A stretch of 64,000 nucleotides of DNA from Acidimicrobiia bacterium. GTDB taxonomy: Bacteria > Actinomycetota > Acidimicrobiia > Spongiisociales > Spongiisociaceae. Both the position numbers and the translations under genes were made by a program. Within the stretch, counting starts at the first letter, position 1, and each line of letters begins with the position of its first letter. Of this stretch, positions 39,061-49,283 are shown in pieces. The notes beneath the pieces are model-generated. The model was given only the letters and a program-made list of their open reading frames with translations, did not search any database and was not told the DNA's origin. The stretch lies in contig JBFGLM010000023.1 of the NCBI GenBank assembly GCA_041576165.1, positions 1-64,000 of the forward strand. Reading direction: 5' to 3'.

Positions 39061-39402
39061 GTGCATTACCTCCATGTCACCAGGTGCCGGGTTCCGATGA
39101 CCCGCATGCAGCAATTCACGGCGCTCATTCAGCAGTGGGAACAGGACGCCCTGAGGGCGCCGGACCGGCCCGAGTCTCACTCCGTCTACCTGCACAACGC
39201 CGACCCTTCGCATGTGTTGGTCGTGACCGAGTTCCCTTCTCGTGAGGCGGCCGAGCGTTTCGAGCAAACCGGCATGATTGTGCGCCTACACGACGACGTG
39301 ATTGCGTGCACGGGCGAGGATCCCATTGCCTCCGAGGGATACGACCTCTACTACCGGGCCGGGGCCGACGGACGCCGGACCGTGTTCGGCGAGGAGCGCT
39401 GA
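39061..39402 (+). CDS. Small dimeric alpha/beta-barrel (ABM-like) protein
   Basis: DP.HVLVVTEFPSREAAERF pattern. Confidence 0.55.
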   Translation: MHYLHVTRCRVPMTRMQQFTALIQQWEQDALRAPDRPESHSVYLHNADPSHVLVVTEFPSREAAERFEQTGMIVRLHDDVIACTGEDPIASEGYDLYYRAGADGRRTVFGEER

Positions 39403-39438
39403 GCGGCGGTCTACGCGTGACGGCGTCCTGAGACCGTC

Positions 39439-40278
39439 TCAGAGTTCGCTGAGGGCAGTGGCCAACGGTTCGACGACGGCTGCTGAGTACGGCGATCGTA
39501 GGCTGAATACGGCCACATCGATGCCGACCCCGAAGAGTGCGGCCGCCTGTTCGGCGAGATCGCGCGGGTCGGCATCCGAAGGCGACAAAACGTGGCCACT
39601 CCGAATGATCTCCGACGGATCGCGACCTACCGCCGCGCAGTGCTTCAGCAAGACCTCGTTCTTCTGGACCCAGTCGTGGGGAGGTGTCCGCAGTGCATCC
39701 CACCATTGGGCGTACTTGGCGACGACCTTCAACGTACGGCGCTCACCAGTCCCGCCGATGGCGATCGGCGGGCGCGGTTGCTGCGGTCCCTTCGGTTCGC
39801 ATCGAGCGTCTGCGAACTGGTAGTACTTGCCATCGAAGGTCGTTGATTCGTTGCGGAGGAGGCCGTCGATGACCGCGACGCCTTCCTCGAAACGGTCCAT
39901 CCGCTGCTGCATCGTCCCGAGATCCAGGCCGTAGGCGTCGACTTCCGGTTGAAACCACCCGGCGCCGAGGCCCAGATACAGCCGTCCTCCCGAGATCATG
40001 TCGAGGGTTGCGGCCATCTTGGCCGTGACCGCCGGGTGGCGGAAGTGCATACCGTTGACCATGGATCCGAGTCGCAGCCGCGACGTGATTTGTGCCAGCG
40101 CAGTCAGCGTGACCCACGACTCCATGATCGGTCCGTGCGGGTCACCGGCGATGGGGTAGAGATGGTCGAAGAGCCAGGCCGATTCGAACAGGTCGATGTC
40201 ATCCGCCGCCTTCCACACCCCAGCGATGTCGGACCAATCCGCGTGCTGGGGCGGTGTCTTGATCGCAAACCGTGCCAC
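39439..40278 (-). CDS. LLM class F420-dependent oxidoreductase
   Basis: RBS AAGGAGGA then GTG 40278; WLFDH, ESW, FRHP...AKMAATLD..SGGR..LGLGAGW and PPIAIGG.GE..TL motifs. Confidence 0.9.
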   Translation of the reverse strand: MARFAIKTPPQHADWSDIAGVWKAADDIDLFESAWLFDHLYPIAGDPHGPIMESWVTLTALAQITSRLRLGSMVNGMHFRHPAVTAKMAATLDMISGGRLYLGLGAGWFQPEVDAYGLDLGTMQQRMDRFEEGVAVIDGLLRNESTTFDGKYYQFADARCEPKGPQQPRPPIAIGGTGERRTLKVVAKYAQWWDALRTPPHDWVQKNEVLLKHCAAVGRDPSEIIRSGHVLSPSDADPRDLAEQAAALFGVGIDVAVFSLRSPYSAAVVEPLATALSEL

Positions 40279-40528
40279 CGCATCCTCCTTCAAACCGTCG
40301 TTCCGGGCATTCAATCTCGCTGCTGGGCAGAGATGCGGCTCCACCGCCCTCCGAGCAGGATATCGCGACCAGCTAGTGCGGAGCCCTACGACTCGCCGGG
40401 AATGTCATCGCTGAGCTACACCACCCGACCGGCAGGTCGACGCTCCCCGAAGCTGCGGCGCGGGTACGCCTGTGGTGTCGGAGTGGGCGCCGAGCCTATG
40501 ACGGCCTGGTCGGACAGATGTGAGCTGT

Positions 40529-42883
40529 TCAGGCAGCACGCTCTTTGATGATCTGGGCGATGGCGAGGCGCCGCATCGCTCGGAGACCGGGCCATTGGGA
40601 GAGCAGAGCCACCAGAAGCATTGCTCCACCTGCCCAGACATACGTCTGGATCTGGATCGTCAAGTCGAACGAGAACAGATCACTTCCGAACGAGGCCATT
40701 GCTTCCCGGGCTGCGAGATAACCGACACCGAGTCCGAGCGGAATCGCCGCGACCGTCACGAGCAGGTTTTCGGCCGCGACCAGCCGCCCAATCGCCCGTT
40801 GCCCTGCGCCGACGGCCAAGAGCGTGGCGGCTTCGCGCGAACGCTCTGCGATGTTGGCACTCATGGTGTTGAAGATGACTGCGAAGGCCATGGCCGAACC
40901 AAATAGGAGCATCACCGCAACGAACAGATAGAAGAGACCCATGTAATCCTGCATGGTTTCGTACATGGCCTGCGCATCGTCGAAGGCCGCCACAGTAGGC
41001 AGTTCGGTGATCGCGTGGCGCACCTCAGCGCCTACCGCGTCCTGCTCGAATCGGATGAACGCACTGGTGGCAGGGACCGGAGAGCCGAGAGCAGCGGCCA
41101 GGCCATCGCGGGACATGTAGGCGATGGTCCCGAGCGGCTCGTCCACAAACCCGGCGACTCGGACTCGAGTCGGCGTCCCGAGCGGACCGATCGAGACGTC
41201 CACCCCATCGCCGGGGCCCACTCCGAGCGTAGGTCCAAGGGCCTTCCCGACCAGCAGGCCGTCTGCCGGAAGGTCGGTCCAGGCGCCGTCAACGCCGCGA
41301 AACCGATGCATTTGCGTCCCGGCGGGCAACGCAACCAGGAGCGAGGCATACGAGCGCGTGCCGGCTGTTATTGAGATCGGGACCTCGATCACCGGCTCGG
41401 CAGAGACAACCCCGGTTGTACGTTCGAGGGCCTCCACGTCGTCGATTCCGACCGGGTCGATGAAGTGGACTGTGGCGTCCTGGCGTTCAATCTCGACGAA
41501 CTGGAGCTCCATCAAATGGTTCACAGTGTCGAGCATGCCCCACGACACGAGGACCAGCATCAGCGAAAGAACGACCCCGAGCATCGTATAGATGGTCCGC
41601 CGGGGAGTCCGTTCGATCCCCCGCAGGATCATCTTCCACCGCACCGGCAGGCGCCTGACGGGAGGCACGACCCGTTCGACGATGCTGACCCGGCCGCGCC
41701 CCGGCGGGGTCTCGCCCCGCATCGCTCGGGCCGGTCGAACTCGCACTGCCAGCAGGGCTGGCGCCAGTGCAGCGAGCCCGGCTGCCGCGACGCCGAGAGT
41801 TACGCCGACGATCAGCGTATCGGGATGGAATTCGATCACCGTGACAGGAATCGAAAGCATCGAGGTGTACAGGCGGGTGATGACCTTGGCCCCCAGCATT
41901 CCGGTGGCAAGCCCGGGAACCGTCGCCAGAGCGGCGGGAACCAGACCGTAGCCGAGATAGTGGCGGAGAACCCGTCCTCGGCGCATTCCATTGGCGAGCA
42001 GTGCGCCGATGTGGGGTCGCTGCGCATATACCAGCCGGCTGATCATGACGTAGGCGGCCATGGCTGCCGACGACAGGAAGAGCAACGGAAAGAAGACTGC
42101 GATCTCTTCGAACCCTCGAATGTCTTCCATCAGAGCCGCATTCGACGGCTGCTCGGCTCGTGTGTACGCCGAGACGGCTCCCAACGACTCAGCTGATTCG
42201 ACGAGTCGCGCCGTCAGGGCAGGATCATCGGTCCCATCCGCGTAGTAGACAGCCACTTCATTCGACGGACCGCCAACCGCGGTCGCAAGCGTTTGTGAGC
42301 CGAACACCACGCCGAAGTTGTCGGGCGACGTGATGAGCTCCTGGCGATCTCGGGCCGGCCATATGTATTCGGGCGACGAGACAATGCCCACAACCTCGAG
42401 ATCTGTCCAAGTGTTGCCCACCAGCGCCTCGATGGTGTCGCCGATGGAGAGCTCGAAATGTTCGGCCATGTGCTCTTCGAGCAAAACGCCGTGGGCCCTC
42501 GTCGGCTCGACGTATGACCCCTCCAGGATCTCGAGGCGATTGACTGCAGGCTGGTCGCTGTCTGGAACGCCCACGATCCGACCCAGCAGTTTCAGTCGGT
42601 CGACCCGAAGCGGCAGGTCAGCCACGGTTCGGGTGGAGGCCGACTCGACGCCCGCTTGCCGCCTCACCAATTCGGCTATCTGGTTGGAATCGCCCCCAGC
42701 GATGGTCAGGTTGGCGAATCGATAATGCGTGAACGTCGTCGAATACGACGTTTCGAGGTTGCGGAACGAGTCATAGCTCGCCGCGAAGATCGCGATGCCG
42801 AGGAAGATCGTCAGGGCAACGGCCACGAACTGGGACCGGTTCAGCAGGAGATCTCTCCAGAGCTTGCGAGCCAGCGGGTTCAC
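40529..42883 (-). CDS. ABC transporter permease (duplicated MacB/FtsX domains)
   Basis: RKLWRDL N-terminus; two FtsX-like TM bundles (QR..IG.L.A.G; ER.RE.ATL.A.G). Confidence 0.9.
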   Translation of the reverse strand: MNPLARKLWRDLLLNRSQFVAVALTIFLGIAIFAASYDSFRNLETSYSTTFTHYRFANLTIAGGDSNQIAELVRRQAGVESASTRTVADLPLRVDRLKLLGRIVGVPDSDQPAVNRLEILEGSYVEPTRAHGVLLEEHMAEHFELSIGDTIEALVGNTWTDLEVVGIVSSPEYIWPARDRQELITSPDNFGVVFGSQTLATAVGGPSNEVAVYYADGTDDPALTARLVESAESLGAVSAYTRAEQPSNAALMEDIRGFEEIAVFFPLLFLSSAAMAAYVMISRLVYAQRPHIGALLANGMRRGRVLRHYLGYGLVPAALATVPGLATGMLGAKVITRLYTSMLSIPVTVIEFHPDTLIVGVTLGVAAAGLAALAPALLAVRVRPARAMRGETPPGRGRVSIVERVVPPVRRLPVRWKMILRGIERTPRRTIYTMLGVVLSLMLVLVSWGMLDTVNHLMELQFVEIERQDATVHFIDPVGIDDVEALERTTGVVSAEPVIEVPISITAGTRSYASLLVALPAGTQMHRFRGVDGAWTDLPADGLLVGKALGPTLGVGPGDGVDVSIGPLGTPTRVRVAGFVDEPLGTIAYMSRDGLAAALGSPVPATSAFIRFEQDAVGAEVRHAITELPTVAAFDDAQAMYETMQDYMGLFYLFVAVMLLFGSAMAFAVIFNTMSANIAERSREAATLLAVGAGQRAIGRLVAAENLLVTVAAIPLGLGVGYLAAREAMASFGSDLFSFDLTIQIQTYVWAGGAMLLVALLSQWPGLRAMRRLAIAQIIKERAA

Positions 42884-43584
42884 CAGATCAGCTCCTCGGC
42901 TTCCACCGGCTGGGCAACGGTGTGATCGTCGACGACCTGACCGGAACGCAGGCGGATCACCCGATCGGCCATCTCGCCGATGGCAGCATTGTGGGTTACG
43001 AGGAGGACCGTCCGGCTCTGGTCGCCACTCAGGCGCTGCAACAACGAGAGGATGACGCGTCCGGTCTCGAAATCGAGCTCGCCGGTCGGCTCGTCACAGA
43101 GAAGGACCGGTGGCTGTTTGACGAGGGCCCGCGCGATCGCCACCCGTTGCTGCTCGCCGCCCGAGAGTTGGGAGGGAAAGTGGTGGGCCCGCTCGAGCAA
43201 CCCCACGTCGTTCAAGGCTTCCTTCGTCCGTTCCCGGTGGTCACCGTCGGTGAGCTCGGCCACCAACTCGACGTTCTCGGCCGCGGTGAGCGTGGGGATC
43301 AGATTGAAGAACTGGAACACAAACCCGACGGTCGACCGGCGGAAGTCGACCAGTTGGTCGAGGTCGAGCAGGTCGAGCCGGTGGCCGTTCACCTCGACGA
43401 TGCCGGCGGTCGGCTCGTCGAGGCCGCCGAGTAGGTTCAGCATGGTCGTCTTGCCGGACCCGCTCGGCCCCAGAATCACCAACAGCTCCCCCTGGGGCAC
43501 GAAGAGGTCGGTGGACCTGAGGGCCCGAACCGCGTTGGGCCCTTCGCCGTACGTCTTCTCGACTCCCTTCATGACGATGCTCAC
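42880..43584 (-). CDS. ABC transporter ATP-binding protein (LolD/MacB-type)
   Basis: GPSGSGKT, LSGGEQQRVAIARA, DEPTG and VTH motifs. Confidence 0.95.
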   Translation of the reverse strand: MSIVMKGVEKTYGEGPNAVRALRSTDLFVPQGELLVILGPSGSGKTTMLNLLGGLDEPTAGIVEVNGHRLDLLDLDQLVDFRRSTVGFVFQFFNLIPTLTAAENVELVAELTDGDHRERTKEALNDVGLLERAHHFPSQLSGGEQQRVAIARALVKQPPVLLCDEPTGELDFETGRVILSLLQRLSGDQSRTVLLVTHNAAIGEMADRVIRLRSGQVVDDHTVAQPVEAEELIW

Positions 43585-43844
43585 CGGACCTCCTCATCAA
43601 TCGGGGTTCGCGCCCGGCCCAACAACCGCGCGAGCCTTCTCGTGGGTCCCGGAACCCACACCGACATCATCCGACTGGGCAAACACGCCGAGTAGAGCAA
43701 CATGACAGCTGTGCCCGGGACGACATCCTGATGAGAGGCGGCCCGGTCGTGGTGCGTCGGACCCAGAGAGACCCAGAGAGAGAGAGACAATCGCCAGCGC
43801 GAGGCCTCCGGCTGATCTGCCGCGTCGCCGGAGGGCGTAGAAGG

Positions 43845-44714
43845 TCAAGCTTCCCGCAGGAGAGTCTGTAAATAGCCCGCTTCCCGGGGCGCGAAGCTGT
43901 GCTGATCATTGTCGAAGTACACGTAGACGTCGCGTCCTTTTCTGGCGGGGGAATGAAGATCGGTGATACGGATTGCATCGGACGGCTCCGTACCCTGCTG
44001 CCATCGCGCGATTCGCGCCCGCCACCTACGCAACTCGTCAGTTCCATACCTGCTGGCGTACAGCTGGGCGGGACCGTGCAAACGCAAGTAGACGAAGCCG
44101 GCCGTGACCTCCTCGACGTAGGGCCAGGCGGCCGAGTGTGAGAACGCTAGAGCGGTCCCGTGACGGCGCGCAATCGCGACCATTTCGCGACAGAGAAAGC
44201 TCTTGTGCCGCACCTCTATGACGTGGCGGATTCGATGCTTGGCCTCCGGCCCGTACGCCACCTCGCGCAGGCGTTGGTCGTGGCGTCGTGCCAACTCCAC
44301 CGCAGCGGGCGTGCTACGGGGGAGCATCGCCAAGAACGCCTCGACCCGGGCAGAATCGAATCGGAGCGAGTCGGGCAGCTGCCACAAGATAGGGCCGAGT
44401 TTCTCACCGAGTTCCAGCACACCCGAAGCGAAGAAGTTCGCGAGGGCCGCGTCAACCCCCGCCAGCTTCTTGTTGTGGGTGACGAACCGGCCGCCTTTGA
44501 CGGCGAAGACGAAACCTGCGGGCACCGATCCATACCAGCGACGGAAGGTGTCTGGCTTCCCCAGCCGGTAGAAAGTGCTGTTCACTTCCACCGTGTCGAA
44601 GCGCTCTCCAACGAAGGCCAGTTCGTCCCGGCGGCGGAGGGACTCGGGATAGAATGCACCCCGCCAGTGCGGGTAGTTCCAGCCTGAGATCCCAACCCTG
44701 ATCCGTCCCATCAT
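43845..44714 (-). CDS. DUF72 (YecE/YunF) family protein
   Basis: VGISGWNY.HW, VEVNSTFY, FAVKG.RFVTH, LWQLP, YLRLHG and YVYFDND motifs. Confidence 0.92.
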   Translation of the reverse strand: MMGRIRVGISGWNYPHWRGAFYPESLRRRDELAFVGERFDTVEVNSTFYRLGKPDTFRRWYGSVPAGFVFAVKGGRFVTHNKKLAGVDAALANFFASGVLELGEKLGPILWQLPDSLRFDSARVEAFLAMLPRSTPAAVELARRHDQRLREVAYGPEAKHRIRHVIEVRHKSFLCREMVAIARRHGTALAFSHSAAWPYVEEVTAGFVYLRLHGPAQLYASRYGTDELRRWRARIARWQQGTEPSDAIRITDLHSPARKGRDVYVYFDNDQHSFAPREAGYLQTLLREA

Positions 44715-44908
44715 CTGATCCTTGCAGCCCCGCCTCGTCGGGTCGCCGAGCCGGCCTCGGCCCGGAACCGGCTCGAGTGTCCCCTAGTCAGCGACACCTG
44801 GATCATCCGGCCCGGACTGGCTTGCTCCGGATCTCTGCCAGCCGCTTAGCATCACGATGATGGTGGACACCAAACGGCCGCACGTCCCCGACCGAGGAGC
44901 CAGGGCAT

Positions 44909-45937
44909 GTGCTCGCCCGCCGCAATGGGTCGTGGCCAGTGCTTGATCAGCTCCACACTTCCCTGGCCGGGAGCGACTTGGTCTCTGCGCGGCAGGAGAG
45001 TCACCAGGCGAGCGTCTTCGCTTCGCATCTGGCGCTGAGCGTGACCATCGAACGGAACCAGGTCGGCCCACCCTCGGGCGACGTCCACCTGCATCCCGCC
45101 GGCCAGGGCTTTTGGATCGCCCGGCTGCTCGCCCAGCTTGGATGCCGTTCGGTGCTGGTTGGCCCGGTAGGTGGAGAGGCAGGAGTGGTCCTTCGAGCAC
45201 TGGTCCCACAGTGGGGCGTGGAACTCGCCGACGTGGAGATGCAGTCGGCGACGCCGTGCACCGTCGATGACCGCCGCTCTGGTGAGCGCCTTTCGCTCGC
45301 CCATGGACCTCGTCCGATCTTTCAGCGCCACGACGTTGACGAGCTGTACGGAGAGGTACTCCGGCTTGCACTCGAGTCCGACCTGTGTGTCGTGACGGGC
45401 CGCTTTCCCGGCGGGGCGTTTCCGCTCGGTGTGTACCACCGTCTCGGCGCCGACCTGCGGCGGCTGGGCGTTGCCGCTGTGGGAGATGTCCATGGCGGGG
45501 AGCTTGATGCCTTTCTCGAGAACGGCGAGCTCGATGTCCTGAAGGTCAGCGACGAAGAACTGGTAGCAGATGGGGCGATAGCGGACGTCTCGGAGAGGTC
45601 AGTGATCGATTGGATCAACGCCGCAGCGAAACGCAGGGTGCGATGGGTGGTGGTCTCTCGAGCCGAGAAGGGCGCAATCGTCGCGTTCGACGAGGCAATC
45701 TTTCGGGTAGTCCCGCCGGTCCTCCAGCTGGTCGATTCGAGAGGATCGGGCGATTCGATGACGGCGGCCCTGGCTGCCGCCCGCATGCACGATTTGAAGC
45801 CGGATGCGGCCATGCGGCTGGCATGTGCCGCCGGCGCGGCCAACGTCACCCGCCACGGCCTGGGTAGCGCCTCGGCGGAGCTGATCGTGCAGCTCGCCGA
45901 ACATGTCGATGTGGAACACATTGGGGGTGTCAAGTGA
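44909..45937 (+). CDS. PfkB family (1-phosphofructokinase-like) carbohydrate kinase
   Basis: AGQG.WIAR N-terminal motif and C-terminal DSRGSGDSM anion-hole motif. Confidence 0.85.
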   Translation: MLARRNGSWPVLDQLHTSLAGSDLVSARQESHQASVFASHLALSVTIERNQVGPPSGDVHLHPAGQGFWIARLLAQLGCRSVLVGPVGGEAGVVLRALVPQWGVELADVEMQSATPCTVDDRRSGERLSLAHGPRPIFQRHDVDELYGEVLRLALESDLCVVTGRFPGGAFPLGVYHRLGADLRRLGVAAVGDVHGGELDAFLENGELDVLKVSDEELVADGAIADVSERSVIDWINAAAKRRVRWVVVSRAEKGAIVAFDEAIFRVVPPVLQLVDSRGSGDSMTAALAAARMHDLKPDAAMRLACAAGAANVTRHGLGSASAELIVQLAEHVDVEHIGGVK

Positions 45938-46773
45938 AAGCGAACGAACTGCTTACCGACGGGGTGGTGGTAGACGAACATCGTCAGCCGCGCTCCGATC
46001 GTCCGCGTATCCTCGTGACCAACGACGATGGCATCGAGGCCCCGGGCCTGAGGGCGCTCGCTGCCGGGCTGGCCGCCGATTTCGAGGTGATCGTCGTAGC
46101 GCCCCAAGCCGACATGAGCGGCAGTGGTACTGCCCTCGGACGGTTCGATCCCCGGGCTGGGGTCGCGTTGACTGAGGTCGCAGTCGAAGGAGTCGATGCC
46201 GCCTATTCGGTCGACGGTCCCCCCGGCCTAGCCGTAGTTGCGGCCGGGTTGGGAGCTTTCGGGAGCAGGCCGGACCTCGTCGTCTCTGGAGTGAACGCGG
46301 GAATCAACACAGGTCACTCCGTCATTCACTCGGGCACCGTCGGTGCGGCGCTCACCGCCCGCACTCTCGGCAGCCATGGGCTGGCGGTCAGCGTCGACGA
46401 GTCCGACCCGTGGCATTGGGATACTGCGATCGCAATCGCCCGCTCGGCGGTCGATTGGGTGCTGAACCACACGGGACCTCGTGTTGTTCTCAATGTGAAT
46501 GCTCCGGCGGTCCCGCTGCGGGACGTGCGCGGGATCAGATGGGCGGCCCTCGACGAATTCGGGCATCTGCGAGTCGCGATCGCCGACATCCCCGGTTCAC
46601 GGCTGGAATTCGAAGTCAGGGGGTCAGCCAGCGGGCTGGATCCGGCCAGTGACACGGCACTTGTCTTCGACGGATTTGCCACGCTCACCCTGCTCTCCCC
46701 GGTCGAGCCGATGCCGTATCCGCCGGTCGAACCTCACGATATCTGGACCCCGCCCGGGATTGGAGTTTCCTAG
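45934..46773 (+). CDS. surE: 5'/3'-nucleotidase SurE
   Basis: ILVTNDDG, VAP..MSG.G and SGVN.G.N.G..V.HSGTVGAA motifs; GTGA overlap with the pfkB gene. Confidence 0.9.
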   Translation: MKANELLTDGVVVDEHRQPRSDRPRILVTNDDGIEAPGLRALAAGLAADFEVIVVAPQADMSGSGTALGRFDPRAGVALTEVAVEGVDAAYSVDGPPGLAVVAAGLGAFGSRPDLVVSGVNAGINTGHSVIHSGTVGAALTARTLGSHGLAVSVDESDPWHWDTAIAIARSAVDWVLNHTGPRVVLNVNAPAVPLRDVRGIRWAALDEFGHLRVAIADIPGSRLEFEVRGSASGLDPASDTALVFDGFATLTLLSPVEPMPYPPVEPHDIWTPPGIGVS

Positions 46774-46913
46774 GTTCGCCGGCTCCCCGCCGAACGAAGA
46801 CTCAGTGGCGGAGCCCAGAGTGCAGAACCCTGGCCGCCGTCCAAATCCGTGACCTTCGGCCTCTGGTTGCAGTACAACGCGCTGAGGTTCCATGAAGACG
46901 GCAAGGAGGTGCG

Positions 46914-47603
46914 ATGAGCACAACAACTGCCGCCGCGTCGAGGGATGTCCGGACGTGGCGCCCGGTCCAAGCCCGAGGGGTGGTCGCCTTGCTCCTTCTA
47001 TCCGCAGTCTGTGTGGCCGTGGCCCCGTATCTCATGCCTGAGTCGTACTCGGTGGTCGAGAACGCCATCAGCGCATCGGGGGGCCAGGGCATCGATGCAG
47101 CGTGGGTCGCCCGGACCGGCTTCCTCCTGCTGGGGTTCGCCGTCCTGCTCTTGTCGATCGTGCGGTCCTCCCAGTGGGGATTCTGGGGCAGGCTCGTCAT
47201 GCGCATCTACGGCATCTCGATGATCGCTGCCGCCGCATATGCGCACAAGCCATGGCTTGACGTCCCGTTTGACCAGTTCGAGGACCTTCTGCACTCGGTT
47301 GCGGCCACGACGGTCGGCGCGGCGTTCACGATCGGCGTGCTGCTGGTGACAGCGCGGCGCGGTCCCAATGCAGGATGGGTGCGGGCGTTCGACCTATTGG
47401 CCGTTGCCGCGGCCGTGATCATCCCCGTAACGATGTTCAACGTGACAGACGTCGAAGGGTTGGTCCAGCGAATCATGTTCGTGATCGGATACCTGTGGTT
47501 CGGGGCCGAGGCGGTGCGATCGCTGAGGAGCGGTGCATCCGTCGCGGCCGCGACCCGGGAGGCGGCATTCCCGCAGACGGACACGATATTGACGGGGAGA
47601 TGA
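46914..47603 (+). CDS. DUF998 family membrane protein
   Basis: YS..ENAIS, LHS and GLVQR motifs; multi-TM. Confidence 0.8.
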   Translation: MSTTTAAASRDVRTWRPVQARGVVALLLLSAVCVAVAPYLMPESYSVVENAISASGGQGIDAAWVARTGFLLLGFAVLLLSIVRSSQWGFWGRLVMRIYGISMIAAAAYAHKPWLDVPFDQFEDLLHSVAATTVGAAFTIGVLLVTARRGPNAGWVRAFDLLAVAAAVIIPVTMFNVTDVEGLVQRIMFVIGYLWFGAEAVRSLRSGASVAAATREAAFPQTDTILTGR

Positions 47604-47606
47604 GGC

Positions 47607-48164
47607 GTGGCGCTGGCAGTCGTTCACGGCGCTGAGCGAACGTCGGAGCGCACAGCGAAACCGATCCTGCGACTGGAGGCGGTGGCCGTCGATGTGTTCG
47701 TCGTCGCTGGTTGGGCTGCGTTCGCGGCGGTGGCGGGCGGCGTGCTCCGATGGGCCGGTGTCCGTTTCGAGACCGCCCTCGAGTGGGATCTGTTCTCGTT
47801 CTCGACGTTGGTGCTGCCGGTGATCGTCACGTTCGTCATGCAAGAGGCCTGTCCGCGACATGCGACCTTGGGCAAACGCCGGATAGGGCTTCGCGTGGTG
47901 TTGGCGGACGGCACCCCGCTGGCTTTCGGTCGATCTGTCCTGCGCTCGGCGGCCAAGTTTCTTCCGTGGCAGCTCGCCCACACGGCCGTGTTTCACATGG
48001 TCGCGACGCCCTCGGGCGGATACCTGGTGCTGGCGGTCATCGCCCAGGCGCTGATTCTCGTGTCGCTGCTGGCAGTGATCCTCGATCCGGCGCGACGAGC
48101 GCTGCATGATTGGGCCGCCGGGACCCGGGTGGTAATCGCAACCCGACCAGAGAGCGAGCCATGA
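47607..48164 (+). CDS. RDD family protein
   Basis: R..A..VD, ATLGKR..GLRVV and LHDWAAGTRVV motifs. Confidence 0.88.
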   Translation: MALAVVHGAERTSERTAKPILRLEAVAVDVFVVAGWAAFAAVAGGVLRWAGVRFETALEWDLFSFSTLVLPVIVTFVMQEACPRHATLGKRRIGLRVVLADGTPLAFGRSVLRSAAKFLPWQLAHTAVFHMVATPSGGYLVLAVIAQALILVSLLAVILDPARRALHDWAAGTRVVIATRPESEP

Positions 48165-48655
48165 CCGGCCTCATGCGTACCAGGATCGGTCGCCGAGCCG
48201 GCGATCTCGCCAGGCGAGCAGGTGGATCAGCCCTGGGTGTGAGGCTGATTCGCCGGATCGTATCCCCGCTTCAGCGCTGGTTGTACCGCGTGTCGAAGGG
48301 TCGCCTGTCCTTGACGGGCCGCGCCCCCGTAGCGTTGCTCACCACCATCGGCCGGCGCACGGGCCGGTCCCGCACCGTCCCCGTCTTCTACGTCCGAGAT
48401 GGTCGCCGGTTCGCCATATGCAATGTGAGACCGCCTGGCGAGCGCACCAATCCGTGGGTTCTGAATCTGTCTGCGCTGCCCTATGCGGAGGTGGAGACGG
48501 CCGGGCAGCGAACACGGTCTTCCGCCCGCCTCGCCACCGACCGAGAGATGGACGAACTCTGGCCCCGTTTCGTCGAGATCTGGCCAGCGTTCGAGCGGTT
48601 CGCGGGGGCCGGGGGCGAGCGGACCGTGTTCATACTCGAAAAGAAGGAGGGATGA
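48161..48655 (+). CDS. Deazaflavin (F420)-dependent nitroreductase family (DDN)
   Basis: LLTTIGRRTG..RTVP and P.WVLNL motifs. Confidence 0.85.
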   Translation: MTGLMRTRIGRRAGDLARRAGGSALGVRLIRRIVSPLQRWLYRVSKGRLSLTGRAPVALLTTIGRRTGRSRTVPVFYVRDGRRFAICNVRPPGERTNPWVLNLSALPYAEVETAGQRTRSSARLATDREMDELWPRFVEIWPAFERFAGAGGERTVFILEKKEG

Positions 48656-49155
48656 TGGGGCGCACCCGATCCCGATGGGCCTGGGTGGTGATCCTCATTG
48701 CCGAGGTTGCGATCCTGGTATGGGGTCTGCTCGTGCTTGTCGAGCCTGAGCAACTGGCTCTCGGCTTTGAGGGCTACACGGGTCAGCCATGGTCGGAGCT
48801 GGTTGCCGAGCAACCGTCCACTGCCGCCTTCATGCTCAACGTCTTTCGTTTGCTCGGCGCTTACAACGTCGCTTTTGCGCTCGTGGCAGCGGCAGTCTGC
48901 GTCACGGCGTTCCGGCGGGGTGAGGCCTGGGCCTGGTGGACGCTGCTGATCGGCAACACGCTGGGATACGCCGCTCCGATGATCTACGACCAGGTAGTAG
49001 GTGAGATTGGGAGCTTCGAGATCCTCGAGTACGTATTCCTGGGGGGCGTCTACACCGCGCTGGCCGTCACTGCGCCGACCAGACGGAAAGGCCGGCGCGA
49101 GGAGACATACCACCCCGGGGGATCAGCCGAACGCCCGGATTCCCTGCTCAGCTGA
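48652..49155 (+). CDS. 4-TM membrane protein
   Basis: RBS AAGGAGG; FRRGEAWAWW motif. Confidence 0.7.
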   Translation: MMGRTRSRWAWVVILIAEVAILVWGLLVLVEPEQLALGFEGYTGQPWSELVAEQPSTAAFMLNVFRLLGAYNVAFALVAAAVCVTAFRRGEAWAWWTLLIGNTLGYAAPMIYDQVVGEIGSFEILEYVFLGGVYTALAVTAPTRRKGRREETYHPGGSAERPDSLLS

Positions 49156-49283
49156 TCCGCCATGTCGGTGGTGCCTTGGGCCGATCAGTTGCCGTCAGAC
49201 TCGATGACGATCTCGCACAACGGGACGGGAAGGGCCTTGTGCGGGCCCGACACAGTGATACGTTTGCGGTGAGGATTGCAGTC

